From Campylobacterota bacterium (GTDB taxonomy: Bacteria; Campylobacterota; Campylobacteria; Campylobacterales; Sulfurovaceae): DNA of 39,612 nt. The stretch spans positions 75,160-114,771 of the forward strand of contig JAYEOM010000001.1 of assembly GCA_034722955.1 (NCBI GenBank), in the 5' to 3' direction. Of the stretch, positions 1 through 9,304 are shown in pieces; within the stretch, counting starts at the first letter, position 1; every line of letters starts with the position of its first letter. The position numbers and the translations under genes are program-made. The notes below the pieces were generated by a model. It did no database searches. It was not told where the DNA came from and saw nothing but the letters and a program-made list of their open reading frames with translations.

Positions 1-138
1 AACGGTGTACTTAAAATCACAAATGCGGGAGGTACATTCTCTCTATTTTTGATGTTTGCAGATGAAGATGGCAAGCTCAATTTATGGTATTCAAATGAGG
101 GTGAAAGCGGCTACAGTACTTGGACTCTAATCGTTTAG
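1..138 (+). CDS. 3' end of an unidentified CDS running in from the window edge
   Basis: Frame 1 is open from base 1 (NGVLKITNAGGTFSLFLMFADEDGKLNLWYSNEGESGYSTWTLIV) to TAG at 136-138. Convergent with rnhB. No family recognised. Confidence 0.6.
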   Translation, partial: NGVLKITNAGGTFSLFLMFADEDGKLNLWYSNEGESGYSTWTLIV

Positions 139-162
139 GAGTAGACAATAAATAACATCAAA

Positions 163-186
163 AGGGCAACCACAAGGGGTAGCCTT
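163..186. repeat. REP-like imperfect palindrome between convergent genes (may also terminate transcription)
   Basis: AGGGCAACC-ACAAGG-GGTAGCCTT forms a 9-bp stem with one mismatch and one G-T pair. The minus strand reads ATAAGGCTACCCCTTGTGGTTGCCCT, resembling GTAG-type REPs associated with RAYT transposases. Confidence 0.5.
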
Positions 187-229
187 ATGTCATTGGCATT
201 GGGATATCCCCAAACAATTAGCCATAATA

Positions 230-802
230 TCAAAACAGTGTCAGCTCATCTAGTGCCTTCACTCTAAAGCTTTGACGGTGGATGGTACATCTGCCATGCT
301 CCCTCATCATAGCAATATGGGTAGCGGTACCATACCCTTTGTGCTTTTCAAAGCCATAGCTAGGGTATATCTTGGCATAATCGTTCATCATCCTGTCGCG
401 TGTGACCTTTGCTAGGATACTCGCTGCACTCACCTCCTCTACCTTCAAGTCTGCCTTGACCATAGTAGATATACCATCTACACCAAAGGTACTATTCCCA
501 TCAAAGAGGTACTCCACTTCACCAAAAAACCTCTTGATATCCTCTAGACCGCTATGGAGGCAAGCAGAGATGCCCTCATCATCAATCTCTCTATTTGTAA
601 AGATCACTATATGGTGGCGTGAAGCATCTATGATCTGGGGATAGAGTGCTTCTCTCCCCTTTTGGCTTAATTTTTTAGAATCGGTCAAGCCCTCAACCCT
701 ATCGGCGAGTATCACTCCTGCCATCACCAAGGGACCGGCGAGAGGTCCTCTCCCAGCCTCATCTATACCACAAAGAGTCAAAATATCTTCTCCATCTATC
801 AT
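230..802 (-). CDS. rnhB: ribonuclease HII
   Basis: GIDEAGRGPLAGP, DSKKL, SAASILAKVTRD and HKGYGT motifs. AGGAG RBS upstream of the ATG. Confidence 0.97.
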   Translation of the reverse strand: MIDGEDILTLCGIDEAGRGPLAGPLVMAGVILADRVEGLTDSKKLSQKGREALYPQIIDASRHHIVIFTNREIDDEGISACLHSGLEDIKRFFGEVEYLFDGNSTFGVDGISTMVKADLKVEEVSAASILAKVTRDRMMNDYAKIYPSYGFEKHKGYGTATHIAMMREHGRCTIHRQSFRVKALDELTLF

Positions 803-983
803 CTAAAAACTCCTATTTTTGGATCTACCTACATAGTCTCTATATATTGAACCTGAAATATGCAATAGTAAATATTATACACACTCTAGAGATCTTTGCA
901 AGAGTTTATTTTGATATTATATAGCCTTTTTTTTACTTTTGTGTTACAATGCCAAAAAATTCACATAGAAGCAGTGCATTATA

Positions 984-3176
984 ATGAAGAACTTGATTAT
1001 CGTAGAGTCACCGGCAAAAGGTCGGACTATCAGCAACTTTCTGGGCAAAGACTACAAAGTCATAGCATCCAAAGGGCATATCCGAGATTTACCAAAGAGC
1101 AATTTTGGCATCACTATCGATGAAAATGGACTATTTGTACCCAAATACTCTATACCACGAGATGTCAATCCAACCGTCAAAGAGTTGAAAAAACTCTCCA
1201 AAGAGGCAGAGACTGTCTATATCGCGACGGATGAGGATCGGGAAGGGGAAGCTATAGGCTACCATATCGCTATGGCTATCGGCAGAGACCCAGAGACTCT
1301 ACCCCGTATTGTATTTCATGAGATTACCAAGAGTGCTATAGAGCATGCACTAGAGAGTCCTAGGAAGATCGATATGGATAGTGTCAATGCTCAACAGGCA
1401 AGGCGACTTCTCGATAGGATAGTAGGCTACAAGCTCTCTCCGCTACTAGGGAGCAAGATCCAAAAAGGACTCTCGGCAGGACGAGTGCAGAGCTCTTCGC
1501 TCAAGATCGTCATCGACCGTGAGCGAGAGATCAAAGCTTTCAAGCCAGTTGAGTACTGGAGTGTAGATGCTCTATTTCAGAAAAATGTAGATGCTTCGAT
1601 CTATGAGTTTGATGGCACCAAAATAGAGAAGATGACTATAACCAATGAGTCAATGGCGAAAGAGATTGTATCTTCGGCCAAGGGAGAGAGTTTTGTCGTT
1701 GCATCTATCGATAAAAGCAAGCGAAAGACAAAACCATCTGCACCATTTATGACCTCTACCCTGCAGCAGAGTGCCTCCACACAGTTGGGATTTTCACCCA
1801 AAAAGAGCATGATGGTTGCCCAGAAGCTCTATGAAGGGGTCAAGACAAGCCAAGGTACAATGGGAGTTATCACCTATATGAGAACAGATAGTCTCAACTT
1901 GGCAGCAGAAGCCGTCTCTAGTGCTCGTGACTATATCAAGTCTGAGTATGGAGAGAAATACCTACCGGCAAAACCAAAAAACTATGTCACCAAAACCAAA
2001 GCAGCACAAGAGGCACATGAAGCTATCCGCCCCACGATGGTAGAGTTCTCACCCAAAATTGCTGCTGATTATCTCGGTGCTGATGAGCTCAAACTATATC
2101 GCCTCATCTATAACCGTTTCCTATCTTGTCAAATGGTAGATGCAGAGTTTGAGTCACAAACCATCCTATTTAGAGGTGACAAAACAATCTTCAAGGCTAG
2201 TGGCAGAAAACTCCTCTTTGATGGTTTCTATAGGGTTACAGGCTACAGTGAGAAAGACAAACTCCTTCCAGATCTAAAACAGGATAGTGCTGTCACTATG
2301 GATGATATCAAAGCAGAACAGCACTTTACCGAACCTCCGCCGCGCTACAATGAAGCGAGCTTGATCAAAAAACTTGAATCTATGGGTATCGGTCGCCCAA
2401 GTACATATGCCCCTACTATTACGATCTTGCAGACTCGTAAATATATTGAGATTGAGAAGAAGCGTATCCATCCTACTGAGATAGCTTTTACCGTGATAGA
2501 GCTTTTGGAGAAGTATTTTGCTGAGATCGTTGATAGTGGGTTTACATCCAATATGGAAGAGAGTCTTGATGAGGTTGGCGAGGGCAATATAGATTGGCAA
2601 AAGGTATTATCTGATTTTTATGGTCCTTTTATGGAGAAGATTGAGTCTGGGAAGAAGGATATCAAGAGTCTAAAGGTAGCTATACCAACGGGAGAGAAGT
2701 GTCCTGATTGTGGAAGTGAGCTTCTCTTGAGAAAAGGTCGATATGGTGAATTTATCGCCTGTAGTAACTTTCCAAAATGCAAATATACCAAAAATGTCAA
2801 TGGTGAAGAGCCTGAGAAACCCGAAGAGACCGATGAGGTATGCGAAAAATGCGGCTCACCTATGGTTATAAAAAATAGCAAAAGAGGTAAATTCTTGGCC
2901 TGTTCCGCTTATCCTAAATGCAAAAATGCCAAATCTCTCACACCACTGAAGGAGATCACTGTACCATGTCCTGAGTGTGGCGGAAAACTCCAAGAGAGAG
3001 AGGGCAGGAGGGGTAAGTTTTTTGGATGTATCAACTACCCCAAGTGTAAATTTATCGCCAATTTTGAACCTGTTGACAAAAAATGCCCTGAGTGCAACTA
3101 CCTAATGGGCAAAAAGTCACTGCGAGGCAAAGAGATTTATGAGTGTTTCAAATGTAAACACAAGGTTGATGTGTAG
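984..3176 (+). CDS. topA: DNA topoisomerase I
   Basis: TOPRIM LIIVESPAK and ATDEDREGE, SAGRVQS, catalytic ITYMRTDS, QEAHEAIRPT, GIGRPSTY, and C-terminal C4 zinc ribbons. Confidence 0.98.
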   Translation: MKNLIIVESPAKGRTISNFLGKDYKVIASKGHIRDLPKSNFGITIDENGLFVPKYSIPRDVNPTVKELKKLSKEAETVYIATDEDREGEAIGYHIAMAIGRDPETLPRIVFHEITKSAIEHALESPRKIDMDSVNAQQARRLLDRIVGYKLSPLLGSKIQKGLSAGRVQSSSLKIVIDREREIKAFKPVEYWSVDALFQKNVDASIYEFDGTKIEKMTITNESMAKEIVSSAKGESFVVASIDKSKRKTKPSAPFMTSTLQQSASTQLGFSPKKSMMVAQKLYEGVKTSQGTMGVITYMRTDSLNLAAEAVSSARDYIKSEYGEKYLPAKPKNYVTKTKAAQEAHEAIRPTMVEFSPKIAADYLGADELKLYRLIYNRFLSCQMVDAEFESQTILFRGDKTIFKASGRKLLFDGFYRVTGYSEKDKLLPDLKQDSAVTMDDIKAEQHFTEPPPRYNEASLIKKLESMGIGRPSTYAPTITILQTRKYIEIEKKRIHPTEIAFTVIELLEKYFAEIVDSGFTSNMEESLDEVGEGNIDWQKVLSDFYGPFMEKIESGKKDIKSLKVAIPTGEKCPDCGSELLLRKGRYGEFIACSNFPKCKYTKNVNGEEPEKPEETDEVCEKCGSPMVIKNSKRGKFLACSAYPKCKNAKSLTPLKEITVPCPECGGKLQEREGRRGKFFGCINYPKCKFIANFEPVDKKCPECNYLMGKKSLRGKEIYECFKCKHKVDV

Positions 3177-3177
3177 T

Positions 3178-4512
3178 ATGAGTTTGACAGCCAAAGTTTT
3201 ATGGGCTATGCTACTAGGTGCTATTGTCGGGCTAATCATCAACTATAGTGGACTCAATAGCGAAGGGAGTTTCACCCAAGAGTATATTGTTGGAGGTCTT
3301 TTTTATATCATCGGCAAGATGTTTATTACTGCTTTGAAGATGCTGGTTGTACCTTTAGTTATCTTCTCTCTTGTCTCTGGTGTTCTTGGTATAGGCAATC
3401 TCTCTACTCTAGGAAAGGTTGGAGTTAAAGCTTTTGGGCTCTATCTCCTCACTACAGCTATTGCTATTGCTGTAGCTATAGGGCTGGCTATCATTATCGC
3501 TCCAGGATATGGAGCAGATCAAGTTACTACAGCCTCATTTGTTGCCAAAGAGGCTCCACCGCTCTCTGATGTGCTTATCGGTATCATCCCTGACAATGTC
3601 GTTGGTGCTTTTGCTTCGGGTAATATGCTACAGATTATTTTCTTCTCTATACTCTTAGGTATCTCACTGATGATGGTTGGCCCCAAAGCTAGTAAAATAG
3701 CTGAGATAGTTGAGATCATGAATGAAGCTATGATGAATATGGTCAATATCGTTATGAGTGTTGCTCCTATAGCTGTTTTTGCTCTACTGGCAAAAGCTAT
3801 ATCTGAGTTGGGATTAGGTCTGCTTATGGACTTGGCAGGATATGTTTTGGTTGTAATATTCGCATTGATGTTTCACCTTTTTGGTACTTTGATGGTGATA
3901 CTAAAGGTTTTTTCAGGTCTGAGTCCAAAGATCTTTCTGCAGAAGATTCGCGATGCTCAAATCTTTGCTTTTAGTACATCAAGTTCCAATGCTACCATAC
4001 CGGTTACTCTTCGCAGTGTAACAGGACGAATGGGTGCGGATAACTCTGTAGCATCTTTCACAGTGCCATTTGGTGCGACTATCAATATGGATGGTACAGC
4101 CATCATGCAGGGAGTTGCGACAGTTTTTATCGCCAATGTATATGGGGTGGAGCTAGGGTTGTCAGGTTACTTGACAGTGATATTGATGTCTCTATTGGCC
4201 TCTATAGGTACTGCAGGTGTACCTGGTGTAGGGTTGATAATGCTTTCGATGGTTTTTGTGCAAGTAGGCTTGCCTATAGAGGGGATAGGGTTGATCTTGG
4301 GTGTAGATAGACTGCTTGATATGATTCGTACTTCCGTGAATGTAACGGGAGATGCAGTTGTCACTTGTGTTGTCGCCAAGAGTGAGGGGGAGCTTGATAG
4401 CTCTATCTATGATGACAAAAATGCAGGAGTATTTGATGATGGGACTATTCATATTGATAGCAAGACAGAAGAAGAGCTTGCCGAGACTATACACAAAATA
4501 GAGGAGAGATAA
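3178..4512 (+). CDS. dicarboxylate/amino acid:cation symporter (DAACS, GltPh-like; likely Na+/Asp-Glu)
   Basis: FSTSSSNAT (HP1), GATINMDGT (TM7), GTAGVPG and DRLLDMIRTSVNVTGD (TM8). Start placed at ATG 3178, just after the topA stop, rather than 3139. Confidence 0.93.
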   Translation: MSLTAKVLWAMLLGAIVGLIINYSGLNSEGSFTQEYIVGGLFYIIGKMFITALKMLVVPLVIFSLVSGVLGIGNLSTLGKVGVKAFGLYLLTTAIAIAVAIGLAIIIAPGYGADQVTTASFVAKEAPPLSDVLIGIIPDNVVGAFASGNMLQIIFFSILLGISLMMVGPKASKIAEIVEIMNEAMMNMVNIVMSVAPIAVFALLAKAISELGLGLLMDLAGYVLVVIFALMFHLFGTLMVILKVFSGLSPKIFLQKIRDAQIFAFSTSSSNATIPVTLRSVTGRMGADNSVASFTVPFGATINMDGTAIMQGVATVFIANVYGVELGLSGYLTVILMSLLASIGTAGVPGVGLIMLSMVFVQVGLPIEGIGLILGVDRLLDMIRTSVNVTGDAVVTCVVAKSEGELDSSIYDDKNAGVFDDGTIHIDSKTEEELAETIHKIEER

Positions 4513-4534
4513 AGGGTTTTGAAAACTCTTTGAG

Positions 4535-4540
4535 TATAAT
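4535..4540 (+). promoter_or_regulatory. sigma70 -10 box for bioB (probable leaderless transcript)
   Basis: TATAAT at 4535-4540, then 6 nt (GCACTT), then the ATG at 4547. No Shine-Dalgarno in between. Confidence 0.6.
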
Positions 4541-4546
4541 GCACTT

Positions 4547-5404
4547 ATGAAAAAGAGAAAACAGATATTTTTATGTGCCATCAACAATATATTGAGCGGA
4601 AGCTGCAATGAAGATTGCAAATTTTGTACGCAGAGTGTTCGATACAAAGCAGATATAGAGCGATATACCTTTAAGTCTATAGAGGAGATAGTATCCCAAG
4701 CAGAGCAGGCAAGATCACAGGGTGCCTTGGGGTATTGTCTAGTTACGGCAGGCAAAGGTCTTGATGACAAGAGGACAGAGTTCGTAGCCAAAGCAGCGAC
4801 ATATATCAAAGAGCAGGTAGATGGACTCAATCTAATAGCATGTAATGGCACTGCTTCACTCGATCAATTGCGATATTTAAAAAAACATGGTATAGATAGC
4901 TATAATCACAACTTGGAAACATCCAGAGATTACTATGCACAAATTTGTACAACTCATAGCTGGGATGAACGCTATCAAACTTGCCTAGATGCCAAAATAG
5001 CCGGCTTGACACTATGTACAGGCGGAATATTTGGTATGGGAGAGAGTATGCAGGATCGCGATGATCTGCTAAAATCTATAGCATCCCTCTCGCCAGAGTC
5101 AACCCCTCTGAACTTCTATCACCCCAATGAAGCTCTACCCATCAAATCCAATAATATTTCACAAAACGAAGCTTGTAGGATTATAAAAAAAGCCAGAGCT
5201 TTACTAGGAGAAGAGAGACTTCTTATGGTAGCAGGAGGTAGAGAGCTGCTATTTTCAGGTGATGAAGAGATGATGTTTGAAGCAGGAGCCAACGCTATAG
5301 TCATAGGAGACTATCTCACCACTACAGGAGATAGACCTCACAAAGATTTAGATACTCTCAAAAAACTAGGTTACGAGGTAGCTACTAACTGTGACACACA
5401 CTAG
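4547..5404 (+). CDS. bioB: biotin synthase
   Basis: Radical-SAM CNEDCKFC, YNHNLETS, CTGGIFGMGE, AGGRE and GDYLTT. Short Campylobacterota-type BioB. Confidence 0.95.
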   Translation: MKKRKQIFLCAINNILSGSCNEDCKFCTQSVRYKADIERYTFKSIEEIVSQAEQARSQGALGYCLVTAGKGLDDKRTEFVAKAATYIKEQVDGLNLIACNGTASLDQLRYLKKHGIDSYNHNLETSRDYYAQICTTHSWDERYQTCLDAKIAGLTLCTGGIFGMGESMQDRDDLLKSIASLSPESTPLNFYHPNEALPIKSNNISQNEACRIIKKARALLGEERLLMVAGGRELLFSGDEEMMFEAGANAIVIGDYLTTTGDRPHKDLDTLKKLGYEVATNCDTH

Positions 5405-6536
5405 CATTACGCTCATACTGACTCTATCCATGCTGATATGGTCTAGCCCATTTATTGCCAAAGTCGTACGGATACCTACGCCTCCTATAGAGATCGTACT
5501 AGGCTCTCTATTTGCCTACTATGGATTGATTGAGCATCATGATTACTTTGATATAGTTGCAGAGATAGGATTTCTATACCTTATGTTTTTGGCAGGGATG
5601 GAGGTAGATCTAAAGCAGATACTCAATAGCCCTCGCTCCATCATAAACAAATCCCTACTTTTTCTTATGATCATGAGTGCGCTAGCACTGATAAGCGGAT
5701 GGATTTTTACACTCAACAGTATTGTGATTGTCTCAATACCATTGATATCTATAGGTCTATTAGCTTCACTCTCTAAAGTCTATGGGAAAAATCCTGAGTG
5801 GATAAAACTAGCTTTTATAGTAGGAGTTTTGGGTGAAGTGATCAGTATCGCAGCTCTTACCATACTAGATGCGGCTAGTACTGTTGGTTTTGGGTGGGAA
5901 CTACTGTTAAAGTTGGGGTATCTTCTTCTGTTTATGGTTGCTGTTTTTCTTCTGTACCGTTTTTTACATCTTCTATTTTGGTGGTATCCTGAGCTAAAGA
6001 CAACACTGATGCCCAAGTTTGACACTTCAGATCAAGATATACGGATGGCTATATCCCTATTCTTTATCCTTATAGCAGTAATGTTGGCATTGGGATTAGA
6101 GGTTGCATTGGGTGCATTTATTGCGGGAGTAGCTATCTCGGCCTTTTTTCATCATGAACAGAAACTTGAAGAGAAGATGTCTAGCTTGGGGTTTGGATTT
6201 TTGGTGCCGCTCTTTTTTATACATGTGGGAGCATCATTTGATCTCAATGCATTGGCACTAGAGGGGATCGTTACAGGTGCACTGCTTATTACATTCCTGA
6301 TGATATTTATTCGTATATTGGCAGCATTTGTACTCAAAAAGATATCTGGCTCTAGAGATGCTCTACTGACTGCACTGGCCCTCTCTATGCCACTTACCCT
6401 TCTGATCGCTGTTGCAACGATCGGATATGAGACACACCTGATCGATCTATTGAGTTACTATCAGCTTATTCTTGCAAGTCTCTTTGAGATTTTGATCTCA
6501 ATGATTGCTATCAATCTATTGCAAAATAGAGATTAG
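5391..6536 (+). CDS. cation:proton antiporter (CPA2 / Na+/H+ exchanger family)
   Basis: About 12 hydrophobic segments. GFLYLMFLAGMEVD, LGAFIAG and GFLVPLFFIHVG motifs. GTG start overlaps the bioB end. Confidence 0.88.
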   Translation: MTHTSITLILTLSMLIWSSPFIAKVVRIPTPPIEIVLGSLFAYYGLIEHHDYFDIVAEIGFLYLMFLAGMEVDLKQILNSPRSIINKSLLFLMIMSALALISGWIFTLNSIVIVSIPLISIGLLASLSKVYGKNPEWIKLAFIVGVLGEVISIAALTILDAASTVGFGWELLLKLGYLLLFMVAVFLLYRFLHLLFWWYPELKTTLMPKFDTSDQDIRMAISLFFILIAVMLALGLEVALGAFIAGVAISAFFHHEQKLEEKMSSLGFGFLVPLFFIHVGASFDLNALALEGIVTGALLITFLMIFIRILAAFVLKKISGSRDALLTALALSMPLTLLIAVATIGYETHLIDLLSYYQLILASLFEILISMIAINLLQNRD

Positions 6537-6539
6537 ATC

Positions 6540-7679
6540 CTATACACTGTCTATAGCATCCTGTAGGGCTTTATTGTATTTGATGCTATCCTCGTCGGTA
6601 CCCTTTTTAGGTATATCTAATAGAGGTTTTTTTTTACTCTTTTCTGTTTTTGGTACTGAAGTTTCTCTGCTTACAGCAACTATAGCATCTTTTAGCTCTT
6701 TATTATATTTTCTCTTCTCATCTTTGGCATCTATTATGATTTTTTGGGCTGGTTTTTTTTGACTCCTCTTTGCTGCTTTATCTTTTGCGGTAGCTTTCTC
6801 TTTTTTCACCACCTTGGCTTTATCTTTTTTTACTACTTTATCTACAGGTTTTTTTACTGTTTCTTTATCTTTTTTCACTACTTTGGTTTGATCTTTTTCA
6901 GTGACTTTATTTTTTTTTACAACTTTGTCTTTATCTTTATCTTTTGCGGGAGCTTTATCTTTTTTCACAACTTTAGCTTTATCTCTCTTCGCTACTTTAG
7001 TGTCATCTATAGATTTTTCTACTCTCTGCCTATCTATTTTTGCTGCTGATGGATCTCTGCTTGCTTTTTGGACTCTCTCCCTCTTGATACTGTTAAGTTT
7101 CTCTTCGAGCTCTCTGATCTTAGCATCAACCTTTTCAATCTGCTTTCCAATCAACTCTTTAGTTTTTTGATCAGTCATCTTCTCTTTTGGCAATTTAGAT
7201 ACTTTTATCGATTTATCTGGTTTAGGGTCTACTGCTTTTGTTTCTACTTTTTTTATCTCTTTAGGTTTTATCTCTTTTTTTTGATCTTGTACTATCTCGC
7301 TCTTCTCACTCTCTTTTGGTAATTTAGATACTTTTATCGACTTATCAGGTTTTTGGGTTGTCTGTTTTTTGATATCAGATGGTGGAGGGGTTGCTACTTT
7401 TTTCTCTACACTCTTTATCACTTTAGGTTTTGTCTCTTTTTTAGGAGAAGTATCTTTGTTGCTCTTGAGATCATAAATTTTTTTTACTGTTGCACTACTC
7501 TTGATCGGTACCTTTTTATCTTTTTGAGTCTTTGGTATTTTTTTCTCTTTACCGAGTAACTGAAGCAGTGTATCCTCATCTTGATTTATCTTTTGAAGAT
7601 TTTTGTCTACTGCAAATGGATTTTCGGAAGCATGGATTCCAGACACCAATGCTACTATTAACATAGCTTTTTTATACAT
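6540..7679 (-). CDS. secreted Lys-rich low-complexity hypothetical protein
   Basis: 379-aa ORF with a signal peptide (MYKKAMLIVALVSGIHA) followed by SENPF. K/D/E-rich with internal repeats and a coiled-coil segment. Last gene of the recA-eno-ftsB-like run. Confidence 0.85.
   Translation of the reverse strand: MYKKAMLIVALVSGIHASENPFAVDKNLQKINQDEDTLLQLLGKEKKIPKTQKDKKVPIKSSATVKKIYDLKSNKDTSPKKETKPKVIKSVEKKVATPPPSDIKKQTTQKPDKSIKVSKLPKESEKSEIVQDQKKEIKPKEIKKVETKAVDPKPDKSIKVSKLPKEKMTDQKTKELIGKQIEKVDAKIRELEEKLNSIKRERVQKASRDPSAAKIDRQRVEKSIDDTKVAKRDKAKVVKKDKAPAKDKDKDKVVKKNKVTEKDQTKVVKKDKETVKKPVDKVVKKDKAKVVKKEKATAKDKAAKRSQKKPAQKIIIDAKDEKRKYNKELKDAIVAVSRETSVPKTEKSKKKPLLDIPKKGTDEDSIKYNKALQDAIDSV
6795..6998 (-). 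repeat. coding repeat of KVVKK(D/N/E)K units
   Basis: About six copies (KVAKRDK, KVVKKDK x3, KVVKKNK, KVVKKEK) with short variable spacers. Confidence 0.85.
7182..7352 (-). repeat. 42-bp direct repeat encoding KPDKSIKVSKLPKE twice
   Basis: Copies at 7182-7223 and 7311-7352 differ at 3 positions, all synonymous. Confidence 0.9.
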
Positions 7680-7684
7680 ATTAA

Positions 7685-7945
7685 CTACTCCTCTCCTACT
7701 GCTAACTGTTTTAACTCAAAGAACTCTTTCTGTAGCCTCTGATTTTCACTTTTTAACTCTTTTGCCTCTCTAAGCAGATCTCTCTCCTCCTGTTTTAGAT
7801 GATCCAATACAGTCAAAGAGTTCTCACCATACAGTAAAATCCCCATATAGACACCAAAAAGAGAGATGATAATACTTGTTACAATAATGACTTTTATGGA
7901 GAGACCCAGTATAGATCCGGCTCTATCTCCCTCTACTGTGAACAA
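7685..7945 (-). CDS. septum formation initiator (FtsB/DivIC-like) protein
   Basis: Single TM helix, LYGENSL, then a coiled coil ending ENQRLQKEFFELK. Sits directly downstream of eno, the usual ftsB position. TTG start is uncertain. Confidence 0.78.
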   Translation of the reverse strand: MFTVEGDRAGSILGLSIKVIIVTSIIISLFGVYMGILLYGENSLTVLDHLKQEERDLLREAKELKSENQRLQKEFFELKQLAVGEE

Positions 7946-7964
7946 CTTATATCTTTATGGCTGA

Positions 7965-9236
7965 CTATCCAAAGAGTGTTGCACCAAGATATTCAAACTG
8001 ACCCAACTCTCTCTCTATCTCTAGCAATCTATTATATTTAGCGATTCTATCACTTCTAGCTGTTGAACCTGTTTTGATTTCACCTGTATTGAGAGCAACT
8101 GCAAAATCAGCAATAAATGTATCTTCACTCTCTCCTGATCTATGACTCATAACACAAGTATATCCACTTCGTTGTGCCAATCGTACCGTCTGCATAGTTT
8201 CAGAAACACTACCTATCTGATTTGGCTTGATCAAAATGGAGTTGCCGATACCCTTCTCAATACCTTCTGCCAAAATAGCAACATTGGTAACAAAGAGATC
8301 ATCACCAACTAGCTGGACTTTATCTCCAAGCACTTCTGTATGCTCTTTCCACCCTTCCCAATCATCTTCACTCAAGCCATCTTCTATAGAGACTATGGGA
8401 TATTTATCACACATCTCTGCATAGTAGGCAGTGAGTTCTGAACTAGTGAGCTCGCGATTTTCTGATTTTAGTACATATTTACCGTCATCATTGACCAATT
8501 CACTAGCAGCGACATCCATCGCTATAGCGATCTCATCTCCAGGCTTGTAGCCTGCCTTCTCTATAGCCTCTACGATAATAGAGAGAGGCTCTTCATTGCT
8601 CTTCAAGTTTGGAGCAAATCCACCCTCATCACCAACTGCTGTACTCTCACCCATCCCATCAATGATCTTCTTGAGATGATGATAAACCTCTGCACTCGCC
8701 TGCAGACCATCAGAAAATTTGTCAAAACCTACAGGCATGACCATATACTCTTGAAAATCTACGGAGTTGTTTGCATGTTCGCCGCCATTGATAATATTGA
8801 GCATCGGGACAGGCATTACGACAGCATTTGCACCACCAAGGTAACGATATAGTGGCATACCAAGACTCTCTGCCGCAGCTCTAGCTACTGCCATAGAGAC
8901 ACCTAGAACAGCATTGGCTCCAAGAGAGGCATAGTTGTCGGTACCATCCAACTCTTTCATCACCATATCGATCTCTGCTTGGTTAAAAGGACTTAACCCC
9001 ATGAGTGTATCAGCAATCTGACTGTTTACATTTTCACAAGCTTGCAGAACACCTTTCCCCATATAGCGATCACCACCATCACGAAGCTCAAGTGCTTCTC
9101 TCTTTCCTGTGCTTGCACCACTTGGGACGATTGCACTTGCAGATGTTCCATCACTCAAACGCACAGTTGCACGAACTGTTGGGTTACCCCTGCTATCCAT
9201 CACCTCATCTGCTATTACATCATCAATATAAACCAT
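7965..9236 (-). CDS. eno: enolase
   Basis: [30 protein letters not shown] and KYNRLL. Start set at ATG 9236 with a GAGGAG RBS. Confidence 0.99.
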   Translation of the reverse strand: MVYIDDVIADEVMDSRGNPTVRATVRLSDGTSASAIVPSGASTGKREALELRDGGDRYMGKGVLQACENVNSQIADTLMGLSPFNQAEIDMVMKELDGTDNYASLGANAVLGVSMAVARAAAESLGMPLYRYLGGANAVVMPVPMLNIINGGEHANNSVDFQEYMVMPVGFDKFSDGLQASAEVYHHLKKIIDGMGESTAVGDEGGFAPNLKSNEEPLSIIVEAIEKAGYKPGDEIAIAMDVAASELVNDDGKYVLKSENRELTSSELTAYYAEMCDKYPIVSIEDGLSEDDWEGWKEHTEVLGDKVQLVGDDLFVTNVAILAEGIEKGIGNSILIKPNQIGSVSETMQTVRLAQRSGYTCVMSHRSGESEDTFIADFAVALNTGEIKTGSTARSDRIAKYNRLLEIERELGQFEYLGATLFG

Positions 9237-9304
9237 AGTACTCACTCCTCTAAAATAATTTACCCTCTATTTTATCGAAATTAACCAAAATAGTAATTGA
9301 TAAT

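Noticed and set aside
4192..4851. 219-aa minus-strand ORF across the symporter and bioB
   Set aside because: Overlaps two well-supported genes on the opposite strand and has no recognisable motif.
6795..6998. Short repeats with variable spacers, considered as a CRISPR-like array
   Set aside because: The repeats are in-frame coding units with codon variation and irregular short spacers, and there are no cas genes.
6505..7559. Phe/Leu-rich plus-strand ORFs that look like membrane proteins
   Set aside because: They are the antisense of the Lys (AAA/AAG)-rich gene, so the hydrophobicity is an artefact.
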